A stretch of DNA of 64,000 bases. It comes from an uncultured Clostridia bacterium. Its GTDB lineage: Bacteria > CAYTYR01 > UBA6262. A program made the translations under genes and the position numbers. Position 1 is the first letter of the stretch, and every line of letters begins with the position of its first letter. The stretch covers positions 130,754 to 194,753 of the forward strand of contig CAYTYR010000001.1 of NCBI GenBank assembly GCA_964441745.1, in the 5' to 3' direction. The notes beneath the pieces were generated by a model. It saw nothing but the letters and a program-made list of their open reading frames with translations, was not told the origin of the DNA and ran no database searches. Positions 18,455-27,120 of the stretch are shown here, in pieces.

Positions 18455-18475
18455 TGTTAATGGTTTCCATTAACA
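18455..18475. promoter_or_regulatory. Perfect 9-3-9 palindrome TGTTAATGG-TTT-CCATTAACA immediately upstream of the fur start (candidate Fur box)
   Basis: Seen in sequence; lies 15-35 nt upstream of the fur ATG. Confidence 0.45.
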
Positions 18476-18529
18476 ATTATATCACTTCATATTTATTTGT
18501 CAAGTTTTATTTAAAAAAATATCAATTAA

Positions 18530-18820
18530 TTACTTTTTTTGTTTTTTCAACAGCTTGGCCAAGCCATAGCCCAGGCCAAACACAACCAGTGTCCCGGCCA
18601 CACCAGCCACTGCGGTGGCCACTTTTTCATTTTGAATCCCCGGGAAAGTATAATCAGGTATAGGCGCGGATACTAGTGGTTTCTCTTCTCCTTTTGCCAG
18701 GAATCCCTTTTCTTCTGCTACCCGCTCCAACCCGTCAGGATGCGGGGAAGCGAAAGGAGAAAGGATCAAAGCGATCAGCAAGGCCAGACCTAAACCAATC
18801 AAGATGTCTCTTTTATTCAT
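18530..18820 (-). CDS. PDGLE-domain membrane protein (CbiN-like accessory of CbiM)
   Basis: SPHPDGLE motif, two TM segments, overlaps the cbiM stop. Confidence 0.6.
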   Translation of the reverse strand: MNKRDILIGLGLALLIALILSPFASPHPDGLERVAEEKGFLAKGEEKPLVSAPIPDYTFPGIQNEKVATAVAGVAGTLVVFGLGYGLAKLLKKQKK

Positions 18821-19475
18821 GACTCACCCCCACCAGCTTATAGCTATACAACAAGTCTGCCCTTACTTTCAGAATATAGCTTAAAATCAGTGAAGTAATT
18901 ACTGTTTCACCTATCCCAATTATGGCATGCACCCCAGCCATAGCTGGCAATACTATTTTAAGCGGCAATGTGCCGGAAAAAGCCAACTCTAAGGAACAAG
19001 CAGTAGCTGCTAATACCACGGAAAACCAACTCGCTGTAATTATTCCTATTTTCTTACCTATTGTGCCAGGAAATATGGAATTTAACAGTTTATATATTAA
19101 ATATCCTCCTCCAGTTCCAATTAATGACATATTTACAATATTAGCCCCTAAAGCTGTAATTCCGCCATCCTGGAAAATAAGACATTGCGCTGTTAACACC
19201 ACGGCAATAACCAGGCTGCCGGCATAGGGGCCAAGCAGTACCCCGGCCAGCACCCCACCCAATAAATGCCCCGATGTCCCGCCGGCTATCGGGAAATTCA
19301 CCATTTGCGCCGCAAAAATAAAAGCGCTCATTACTCCCATGAGCGGGATAGTTTTATCATTTAAAATTGCCCTGGTTTTCTTTAAGCAATAGCTAATCCA
19401 GCCAATCGCGATCGCCCAAGCTGGTACCCAGGTATTCGGGGCTAAAAACCCATCGGGAATGTGCATTTTATTCAT
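18813..19475 (-). CDS. cbiM: CbiM/NikM-type ECF transporter substrate-capture component (Co/Ni)
   Basis: N-terminal MHIPDGFL with the conserved His2 N-terminal metal ligand and multiple TM helices. Confidence 0.8.
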   Translation of the reverse strand: MNKMHIPDGFLAPNTWVPAWAIAIGWISYCLKKTRAILNDKTIPLMGVMSAFIFAAQMVNFPIAGGTSGHLLGGVLAGVLLGPYAGSLVIAVVLTAQCLIFQDGGITALGANIVNMSLIGTGGGYLIYKLLNSIFPGTIGKKIGIITASWFSVVLAATACSLELAFSGTLPLKIVLPAMAGVHAIIGIGETVITSLILSYILKVRADLLYSYKLVGVSHE

Positions 19476-19482
19476 CTCCTTT

Positions 19483-20430
19483 TTAGAATGTATAAACCAG
19501 GGTCAGCACCAGAGCCGCGGTGGCATCCGTGTTTTTCCCTGAGACTATTCGTTGATAAGCCAGCAGCGCCTGTACTTTGTCATTTGACCAGCCGATACCG
19601 GGAGTAAGCATAAGGTACTCACTGTTTGAATCATCTATTTTCGTGCCAGCGAGATCTGTTTCCCCCTGATAAAAACCGTTGGCTTCAAAAAGTAAATTCA
19701 ATCCTTGATAGATAAAACATTCTATTCCGATATCACCATTCAAATAAGCCCCATACTTAGTGGGAATATTATCAACGTCTACTTTAAGCGGTTGGCTCAC
19801 GCTGGCATCAGCATGAATAATAAAAGGCTTAGTTCTTTTAGTCAGAATAATCCCCAATCCGAGATCATAAGACCCGCTCCCCCTGGCATCTGTTCCTAAA
19901 ACATCAGGGTTCAAATTCTCGAATTTCCCAGTAGGCACTTTTAATTGGCCGACTAAAGTCACCTGAGGAAGATTTGAGGTCTCTTCTTTTAGGCAGTACC
20001 TGGCAAAAAGATAACTATCTCCTAAACCAGCGCTGTCCGCTTCCACTCCGGATTGCCGGACAAAATTCTTTTGATAAACAGCCTGACCGTCCAATTCCAG
20101 TCTGTCTGTAAGACCGTACTGCATGAAGATCACGAACTGGTTCGAATTACTCTTATCATCTTCAGGCAAAGAACTATAATTACCAGAATTATCATAGGTC
20201 CCGCGGGTATTTACGAAAAATATAATAGGCTGCGTTACAAAATCTCCCTTACTGCACACTGGCGCAGTCCAGGTGGTAACAGGTCCGGCGGAAGACGGGC
20301 GCCACTCTTCTTCGGCTGAAAAGACGGGAATCGCAAAACAACCAGTGAGCAATAATATCAGGGCTATATTGCGTAACATTTTTACTCCTTTATGTGTTAC
20401 TAATATATTAAACGTGCTACTCTTAGGCAA
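19483..20430 (-). CDS. Outer-membrane beta-barrel protein (MetA/phenol-pathway-like transporter family), paralog A
   Basis: Signal peptide, alternating amphipathic beta-strands, and a C-terminal aromatic residue (…LVYTF). 40-45% identical by eye to 20939-21850. Confidence 0.5.
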   Translation of the reverse strand: MPKSSTFNILVTHKGVKMLRNIALILLLTGCFAIPVFSAEEEWRPSSAGPVTTWTAPVCSKGDFVTQPIIFFVNTRGTYDNSGNYSSLPEDDKSNSNQFVIFMQYGLTDRLELDGQAVYQKNFVRQSGVEADSAGLGDSYLFARYCLKEETSNLPQVTLVGQLKVPTGKFENLNPDVLGTDARGSGSYDLGLGIILTKRTKPFIIHADASVSQPLKVDVDNIPTKYGAYLNGDIGIECFIYQGLNLLFEANGFYQGETDLAGTKIDDSNSEYLMLTPGIGWSNDKVQALLAYQRIVSGKNTDATAALVLTLVYTF

Positions 20431-20446
20431 AAAAAATACTCCTTTT

Positions 20447-20860
20447 CTAAATACCCTTCCCGGTACTGGACATACTTAGTGTCCCGTGCTTCACCCCCTT
20501 TACTGATTTTAAATTGTCGGCCAGTTTTCGCACTTCTTCAGGATTACCCTTAACCGCGATGATCTCCAGGCAATTATCATGATCCAGGTGAGTATGCTGC
20601 GAAGAAATGATTATCCGGCCAAAATCATGCTGAATATTGGTCAGTTTATTGACCAATTCACGCTGATGATGGTCATAAATAAGCGTAATTGCCCCGGCCA
20701 CTTCACCGCTGCTATGCCATTGCTTCTGCACCAGTTCCTGGCGGATCAGGTCCCGGAAAGCTTCTGACCGGTTAGCATAATTCTTCTCTTTGATCAGGCG
20801 GTCAAATCTCTCCAAGAGATCCTCTTCCAATGACACGCCGAACCGCAATAATTTAGACAT
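20447..20860 (-). CDS. nikR: NikR nickel-responsive regulator
   Basis: Ribbon-helix-helix N-terminus (FGVSLEEDLLERFDRLI). ACT-like C-domain with the His/Cys nickel site (HHQREL…HTHLDHDNCLE). Confidence 0.75.
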   Translation of the reverse strand: MSKLLRFGVSLEEDLLERFDRLIKEKNYANRSEAFRDLIRQELVQKQWHSSGEVAGAITLIYDHHQRELVNKLTNIQHDFGRIIISSQHTHLDHDNCLEIIAVKGNPEEVRKLADNLKSVKGVKHGTLSMSSTGKGI

Positions 20861-20938
20861 TACCGCTCCTCGTGCTACAAATATTAATTAAGTAACACAA
20901 CCAATTGTCTTTTGTCAAGCGAAAAACAGAAACTCCGG

Positions 20939-21850
20939 TCAAAAACTATAGATTACCGTGAATATCCATGAGTTAACTGCATCAGTGTTTTTACCGCTGG
21001 TAGTAGTTTGTAAGGCGATCAAAGTCTGGATCTGGTCATTAGACCACCCGATACCAGGACCAAAAATAACATAAGAATAATTAGTATCCTCCGCTGTGGT
21101 CCCTTCCACAGAGGTCTTCCCCTGGCTAAAACCGTTACCTTCTATAAGTATATTAAAACCATGGCCGATAAATATTTCCAGCCCCGCATCATAATTCCAG
21201 TAAGTCCCGTATTTTGTGCTTACCTGGTCCACGGTAGTTTTAAGCGGAACAGTATATAATAGATCCGCATGTATTATAAATGGCTGCCACTGTTTAGTTA
21301 ATATAATCCCTAATCCGGGGTCATAAGAACCTGTACCCATAATATCCGTGCCTAAACTATCCGCATTGGCGTTTTCAAACTTCCCGGTGGGGATCTTCAA
21401 CTGGGCCAGCAAGGTTACACAAGGCTTATTTTTGTCTTCTTCCTGCAAACAATAGAGAGCAAAGAGATTGCTATCGCCAAATCCCATAGAATCAACTTCT
21501 ACGCCTGCTTCCCGGACATAGTTTTTGCTATGCAATACTTGGCCGCCAAGACTGAGCTTATCAGTCAAACCATATTGCAGATAAAGATATAGCTGGGTGG
21601 CGGTAGACTTATCATCATCCGGCAAGGCCAGGTAACTGCCACTGCTATCATACGAACCTCGGATATTGTTGACAAACAAAAATGACTGGATATAAAGCTC
21701 TTGTTTACCGCAAATTGGCGCTGCCCAGCCATTAATCGGCCCGGCAGACACCGGCTCCCAGATTTCCATTCCAGCTGGTTCCGCGGCTATAGCCAGCCCC
21801 TCTATAAATAATAAACTGATCATTAAGCTTATCAAAAAAAGTTGCTTCAT
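20939..21850 (-). CDS. Outer-membrane beta-barrel protein, paralog B
   Basis: Signal peptide, conserved blocks shared with paralog A (YGLTD+L, QLK+PTGKFEN, LGTD..G+GSYD.GLGIILTK, PFIIHAD), ends in F. Confidence 0.5.
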   Translation of the reverse strand: MKQLFLISLMISLLFIEGLAIAAEPAGMEIWEPVSAGPINGWAAPICGKQELYIQSFLFVNNIRGSYDSSGSYLALPDDDKSTATQLYLYLQYGLTDKLSLGGQVLHSKNYVREAGVEVDSMGFGDSNLFALYCLQEEDKNKPCVTLLAQLKIPTGKFENANADSLGTDIMGTGSYDPGLGIILTKQWQPFIIHADLLYTVPLKTTVDQVSTKYGTYWNYDAGLEIFIGHGFNILIEGNGFSQGKTSVEGTTAEDTNYSYVIFGPGIGWSNDQIQTLIALQTTTSGKNTDAVNSWIFTVIYSF

Positions 21851-21971
21851 ATTTCCCCTGTTACTTGATCGCAGAGCTAATGTATATTATCACAAAAGAA
21901 TTCCCCTCTCAACTTTTTTATATATTTAATTCCTGTTTTATACTATAATAATAACTAAAGAAAGGGGCTTT

Positions 21972-22319
21972 ATGAATAAAATTTGGTTAGCGTTAGCAAT
22001 CGTTGTATTTTACAGTGGACTGGCGATGGCCCATCCACCCAGCACGATCCAGGTTAAAGCCATAGATGCCACCCAGATAGAAGTCACGATAATTCATGGA
22101 ACCAGGAACCCTGAGGCCCATTATATTGAAGAAATAGTGATCTCTGTAAATGGGAAAAAAGTTATTACCCAGCTTTTCAGCAATCAACAGAATAGTGAAG
22201 CGCAGAAAGCAGTATACAATCTTCCTGAACTAGCTAAGAATCCTCAAGCCGTTATTAAAGTGTATGCTGATTGCAACAAAGGCGGAGATAAGACCAAGGA
22301 ATTTGTATTGGGGAAATAA
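21972..22319 (+). CDS. Secreted hypothetical protein (115 aa)
   Basis: Signal peptide MNKIWLALAIVVFYSGLAMA. GGG SD-like upstream (AAAGGGG). Confidence 0.4.
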   Translation: MNKIWLALAIVVFYSGLAMAHPPSTIQVKAIDATQIEVTIIHGTRNPEAHYIEEIVISVNGKKVITQLFSNQQNSEAQKAVYNLPELAKNPQAVIKVYADCNKGGDKTKEFVLGK

Positions 22320-22331
22320 CTTTTTACAGGA

Positions 22332-22793
22332 TTAAGACCAAAGACCTAAGATCCCTCCGATCAGAATCAGTGAGGCCAGATAATGGCCAAGGTCAATAAA
22401 ATAGACAACTATAGATTTGCGTTCCCACAAAACCCTGCTTAATAATACCGGCACAACAAGGCCCAGCCACAACCAGAAACCTATTTTGGCGCCATCCCCA
22501 AAGGAAGTAGCATTCAACAGATACACCAAGCGGGCCATAATATAACTAGTTAATAATGTAGCGCAAAATTCAATAACATAAATCTTACCAGTATTTTTTC
22601 CCCTGTCCCGCTCAGAGCCTTCTAGAGAAATCCGGGAAAACTTTTTCCATTCATTGCCAAACAAGAGCGGCGAATACCAGACAGCGCCGGCAATCATCGC
22701 CACGATCGCCGCTAGTAACACTAATAAATAGTTAATATCCGCCTGCCACATGAGAGGCCTCCTGTTTTTCCTGGAAGTAGTTATATTATACAA
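22332..22793 (-). CDS. Membrane protein (possibly DUF1761 family)
   Basis: Four hydrophobic helices. Family is a recollection only. Confidence 0.35.
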   Translation of the reverse strand: MYNITTSRKNRRPLMWQADINYLLVLLAAIVAMIAGAVWYSPLLFGNEWKKFSRISLEGSERDRGKNTGKIYVIEFCATLLTSYIMARLVYLLNATSFGDGAKIGFWLWLGLVVPVLLSRVLWERKSIVVYFIDLGHYLASLILIGGILGLWS

Positions 22794-22799
22794 AATATT

Positions 22800-23669
22800 C
22801 TATAGGTTCTGCAAGGCTTGCGCCGCTTTTTGCGCTCCAATTTTATGGTTACATTCTTCATACAATTCTTTGGCTTTGGACAACATCTTCTGCGCTTGTT
22901 TCTTTTGCCCTAAAAGATTATGGGTTACCCCGAGATTATAATAAACATCGGCGCTGTTGGGTTTTAGTTCTAAAGCTTTCTGATAGGCAGTCAAAGCTTG
23001 CTCATTGTTGTTCATATTGCGGTAGGTATTACCCATATTATTAAAAGCATTAAAGTTATTTGCTTGCAGGTTAATCGAGGTTTGATAAGCGGCAATAGCC
23101 TGCGCATACTTCCCCAGGGCATTATTACAATTACCGATCCCGTTATAGGCCTGAAAATCCATCGGCTTGACCACCAGCACCTTCTTATAGGCTTCCTCTG
23201 CCTCAGCATACCGGCCCAGGGAATAATATGTATTGCCAAGATTAAAATAAGCGTCGATATTCACTATTTTGGCGTTGATAACTTTTTTTAAGGCTGCGGC
23301 CTTTTGGCTAGGTTCTGGTTTGTATGCGGGTTTGGTCTCCGCCGGCTTCATCGGGATGATCTTGGCTACAGGCAAAGGCTCTTTTCCTTTTGGCCGGGCA
23401 AGTGTTTTAATACTCTCAACCTGTTTTAAGAGATAAGCTATTTCATCAGCTTCCTCGTTCTTCCCTCGGCTGCGGAAAATTATTTCTGCTTTAGCATATT
23501 CAGTCGCGGCTTCCGGCCATTGGTGCTGCGCCAGGTATTTATCACCTTGCTCTAAAAATCCCTGGGCTTTTTTAATCTCTGCCGATGGCTCGGAAATATT
23601 ACTAATAAAATAAATCACATTCACCAAAAGCAAGGTCACTAGCAAGATAATACCGATTCTGTCTTTCAT
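22800..23669 (-). CDS. TPR-repeat protein with N-terminal membrane anchor
   Basis: Multiple 34-aa repeats with the W-LG-Y / A..Y..AL pattern. Confidence 0.55.
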   Translation of the reverse strand: MKDRIGIILLVTLLLVNVIYFISNISEPSAEIKKAQGFLEQGDKYLAQHQWPEAATEYAKAEIIFRSRGKNEEADEIAYLLKQVESIKTLARPKGKEPLPVAKIIPMKPAETKPAYKPEPSQKAAALKKVINAKIVNIDAYFNLGNTYYSLGRYAEAEEAYKKVLVVKPMDFQAYNGIGNCNNALGKYAQAIAAYQTSINLQANNFNAFNNMGNTYRNMNNNEQALTAYQKALELKPNSADVYYNLGVTHNLLGQKKQAQKMLSKAKELYEECNHKIGAQKAAQALQNL

Positions 23670-23678
23670 GCTATCTCC

Positions 23679-25709
23679 TTATATCAGGTGAAAAATATTC
23701 AGTACCTGGTTGGCCAGGCCGCCAATGATCGTCGCCAGGACAATAGTAAATAAGGTTATTCCAGCGGCTGTTTTCCAGCCAAGCTCTTTGATTAAAACAG
23801 AGATCGCCGCAATACAAGGGATATACAGCGTAGTCACTAAAGCGAAAATAAATATTTGCTGTTTGGTCATGAAAGCCAGCAAATTATTCATATTCGGGCC
23901 ATATTGGATAATCGCCAGGGCTAAAAGAAGCTGCAGCGCCAGCTCTTTCCTGAGAATGCCAAAGAGCAGGCAAATCCCGGCTACTGCCGGCAGGCCGAGC
24001 CAATTTTCGATGATCAGGCTAAACGGGCGGGTAATATACCACATATATTTTGTCTCATATAACACTCCCAGGGCCAGACTGCCCAAGACTATTATCGGAA
24101 GGGCAATAACCAGGAATTCTTTGAATCGATACCAGGTCTTTTTGACGACTGTTTCCAGGCTGGGAACCCTAAAAGGAAACATTTCCATTACTAAACCAGA
24201 GGATTCCCCAGGCAGAAAAATCGCAAATATGCGGCCGACTACTATACCCACGGCAAAAGTAATCAAATAAATCGCCGCGGCCCAGCGCCAGCCGACTAAA
24301 AAAGCTACCGCCCCCATTATTATTGCTGTCCTGGCGCTGCAGGGGACCAGAGTGATCAAGGTACAGGCAATAATCTTTTCCCGGCGGGTGGTTAAAACCC
24401 TGGTCCCAAGTATAGCCGGGACATTGCATCCGGCACCCGCGATTATAGGTATGACCGAACGGCCATGAAGCCCGATCTTGTGCATCAAGCTGTCAGTCAG
24501 AAAAGCGATAGAGTTCAAATATCCGGTATCTTCCAGTAAAGCCAGTAAAATATAAAAAACCAGGATATACGGGATACCGACAGAAAGTGAAGCCTGGATA
24601 CCAGCGTCAAGCCCCCACAACAGGGCATTGGCCAAAGAATTATGCCCAAACAAAGCAAAAATGAACTGCTTAATATAGGGAGAAACAAAATTACCCCAAA
24701 GATGATCAAATCCTGCCGCTAAAAATCCACCGCAATAGAACATAATGGCAAACACAGCGATCAAGCCGGCTAATAATATAGGTAAGCCAGTAATAGGTTT
24801 TAAGGAAAAACGCCAGAGTTTGGTGGAAAGCGGCACCTGGCAAACGCCGATCTGCTGTACTTGATCAGCCAGGAAACCCTCATAGCCATGGCGTTCCCTG
24901 GCTATCCTAATCGCTGGCTTTTCTCCATGGGTACGCTCAATCTCCTGGAAAATTTCTTCGGCCTGGCTGATGACTACTTCCCCGTCTTGATCTGCCTTTA
25001 AATAGTCCATAAACTCGCTATCTTGCTCCAGCATCAGAATAGCCAGTGCCCGGGCAGACAAGCCAAACGGTATCTTCTGCAAATGATTTTCAATGGTCGC
25101 GGCCAGCTGGTTAATGTGTTTTAAGATATCTTGGCCATAGACCGGGAGTTTAGGCTTGATGATCAGCGACTTATTTACTATCTCCAGGCAGGTTTCCACT
25201 AATTTATCGATACCTTCACCGGCAGTAGCCGTCATGGGGATAACCGGGACGCCTAATTCCTCGCTTAACTTATGAGTATCAACGCAAATATTATGTTTAG
25301 CGGCAATATCCATTAAATTACAGGCCACCACCACCGGGAAACCAAGGTCAAGCAATTGGAGAACCATATATAAATTACGCTCCAAATTAGTAGCATCTAC
25401 TATTACCACTACTACCTGGGCATGGCCAGCCAGTATTTCCTGCCTGGCTACGAATTGATCTTCAGAAACAGAACCCAGGGAATAAGTCCCAGGCAGGTCA
25501 ATAATCCCGATTTTGATCTCATTATATTCAGCTACTCCAATATTCAAGGCCACTGTTTTGCCGGGATAATTAGCCGTCACCGCTCCCAAGCCAGTCAAAT
25601 AGTTAAAAACCGTAGATTTGCCGACATTAGGATTACCCACCAAAGCAATGGTGAAGGTTGTAGTTTTGGCCATCTTTTCAATGGCTAACTGGATATTATT
25701 CATGTTCAT
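23679..25709 (-). CDS. feoB: Ferrous iron transporter FeoB (full length, 676 aa)
   Basis: GNPNVGKST P-loop, DLPG, NLMD G-motifs, and the C-terminal polytopic permease with gate motifs. Confidence 0.9.
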   Translation of the reverse strand: MNMNNIQLAIEKMAKTTTFTIALVGNPNVGKSTVFNYLTGLGAVTANYPGKTVALNIGVAEYNEIKIGIIDLPGTYSLGSVSEDQFVARQEILAGHAQVVVVIVDATNLERNLYMVLQLLDLGFPVVVACNLMDIAAKHNICVDTHKLSEELGVPVIPMTATAGEGIDKLVETCLEIVNKSLIIKPKLPVYGQDILKHINQLAATIENHLQKIPFGLSARALAILMLEQDSEFMDYLKADQDGEVVISQAEEIFQEIERTHGEKPAIRIARERHGYEGFLADQVQQIGVCQVPLSTKLWRFSLKPITGLPILLAGLIAVFAIMFYCGGFLAAGFDHLWGNFVSPYIKQFIFALFGHNSLANALLWGLDAGIQASLSVGIPYILVFYILLALLEDTGYLNSIAFLTDSLMHKIGLHGRSVIPIIAGAGCNVPAILGTRVLTTRREKIIACTLITLVPCSARTAIIMGAVAFLVGWRWAAAIYLITFAVGIVVGRIFAIFLPGESSGLVMEMFPFRVPSLETVVKKTWYRFKEFLVIALPIIVLGSLALGVLYETKYMWYITRPFSLIIENWLGLPAVAGICLLFGILRKELALQLLLALAIIQYGPNMNNLLAFMTKQQIFIFALVTTLYIPCIAAISVLIKELGWKTAAGITLFTIVLATIIGGLANQVLNIFHLI

Positions 25710-26376
25710 ATTTTTTCACCCAAATGGATTCAGCGATCTTTTTTCCCAAAGCATAAGTGGCTTCACCAACCTTGACCATGATCGGCCCGTCAAAAGGAGC
25801 TTTTTCCTCTATGCGTATTTTAATTTTCGGCAATAGGCCTAAAGTAGCCAGATAACAAAGCAGTTTCGGATCTTCATCGGTGATCTTAATTATTTTTGCC
25901 TTGTCATTCTTTTGCAGTGTATTCAACGGCGCTGATGGCTCCTCTTTTATATGTCCCTTTTCATCAGGGAGAGGATTGCCGTGCGGGCAGGTCTTAGGCT
26001 TGCCTAGGATCTGGTACAACTTATTACCGACTACTTTGGAAATGCCATGTTCTATCTTATGCGCTTCTTCATGGACTTTTTCCCACTTTAATCCCAGCTT
26101 ATCTACCAGGAAAAGTTCGCTTAAGCGATGTCTCCTGACTATGTCTATGGCGATATTTTTTCCCTGAGCAGTCAGGGTTACTCCTTTATATGGTGAATAT
26201 TTTGCCAGATTATCCTTGGCCAGTTTCTTCAGGTTTTCCGACACAGAGGCAGCCGAGATCTTCAGATGCCGGGCGATCTCCTGCGTCGTAGCGGTTTTCC
26301 CTTCAGATTCCAAGTGAAATATTGTTTCCAGGTAATCTTCCTGGTTCTTAGTAGGCATAATTAGGAATCCCTTCAA
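25696..26376 (-). CDS. DtxR/IdeR-family metalloregulator fused to a C-terminal FeoA (SH3-like) domain
   Basis: EDYLETIF...TTQEIARHLKISAASVSE HTH. Metal-site residues in RRHRLSELFL...EEAHKIEH. C-terminal segment AKIIKITDEDPKLLCYLATLGLLPKIKIRIE resembles FeoA/SH3. Confidence 0.75.
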   Translation of the reverse strand: MKGFLIMPTKNQEDYLETIFHLESEGKTATTQEIARHLKISAASVSENLKKLAKDNLAKYSPYKGVTLTAQGKNIAIDIVRRHRLSELFLVDKLGLKWEKVHEEAHKIEHGISKVVGNKLYQILGKPKTCPHGNPLPDEKGHIKEEPSAPLNTLQKNDKAKIIKITDEDPKLLCYLATLGLLPKIKIRIEEKAPFDGPIMVKVGEATYALGKKIAESIWVKKYEHE

Positions 26377-26378
26377 TA

Positions 26379-26400
26379 TATATTAGGTATACCTAATATA
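26379..26400. promoter_or_regulatory. Perfect 22-bp palindrome TATATTAGGTATACCTAATATA (DtxR/IdeR-box-like) abutting the regulator start
   Basis: Seen in sequence. TTAGGT-A-TA-CCTAA resembles the iron-box consensus TTAGGTTAGSCTAACCTAA. Confidence 0.5.
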
Positions 26401-26511
26401 CAGGTGAGTAAGTATTTTGTCAAGCGGCATTAAAACAACTACTCCGGCCTGGCCAGGCCGGAGCGGACACTAATTGCGGGGGTCTTAGAGACTCTTCCCC
26501 AATATCGCTAT

Positions 26512-27066
26512 TTAGACTAAATAAATGCCCTGAAGTTGCTGCAGCGCCTGATGCAGCGTTTCGCGGGTACCGGCCCCAATTTTAGCTAACTCTAATTGTG
26601 CGAATTTCGTAACCAGTTCATCCTGTTTACCGGCTGGCAACTGTTTATCAGCTATGGGGAAAAGGATGTTGCTTTCTGTATCAAAATGACCTTTAAGCGT
26701 AATGACATACTTATGCCCGGGCTTAATGATATTATTGGCCACAGTGTGGTCACCAGCCTTATATTTCTCAAACCACAATCTCATCTCTTTCATATTGCTG
26801 CGGCAGGATTCATGCTCCTGGATCATCGCTCCCAGTGGCCCCCCGTCTTTTGGAATGCCCGCTTTTTCCAAAGCCGGGAAAAACAATTCTTCTTCTTTCC
26901 TAAAATGGCCTTGGCCCACAAAGACTTCTAAGTAATTAAGCGCCTGCTCAACATGCTCCAGGCTAGCTCCTTCCGTGGCCTCAAGCTTATAAACAAGCCG
27001 CTCAAATATATTCAGCATGATCTTGATGTCTTCATGTTCTTTTCTTAATATTTCAGTGAGTTTCAT
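26512..27066 (-). CDS. Hemerythrin-like (HHE cation-binding) domain protein
   Basis: H..E..H / HF.KEE.LFFP / H.....H spacing of di-iron ligands. Confidence 0.55.
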   Translation of the reverse strand: MKLTEILRKEHEDIKIMLNIFERLVYKLEATEGASLEHVEQALNYLEVFVGQGHFRKEEELFFPALEKAGIPKDGGPLGAMIQEHESCRSNMKEMRLWFEKYKAGDHTVANNIIKPGHKYVITLKGHFDTESNILFPIADKQLPAGKQDELVTKFAQLELAKIGAGTRETLHQALQQLQGIYLV

Positions 27067-27120
27067 AACAGGGCCCCCTTTTTATACTTACCTTTGCTTC
27101 ATAAAATTCAACAGCGATCT

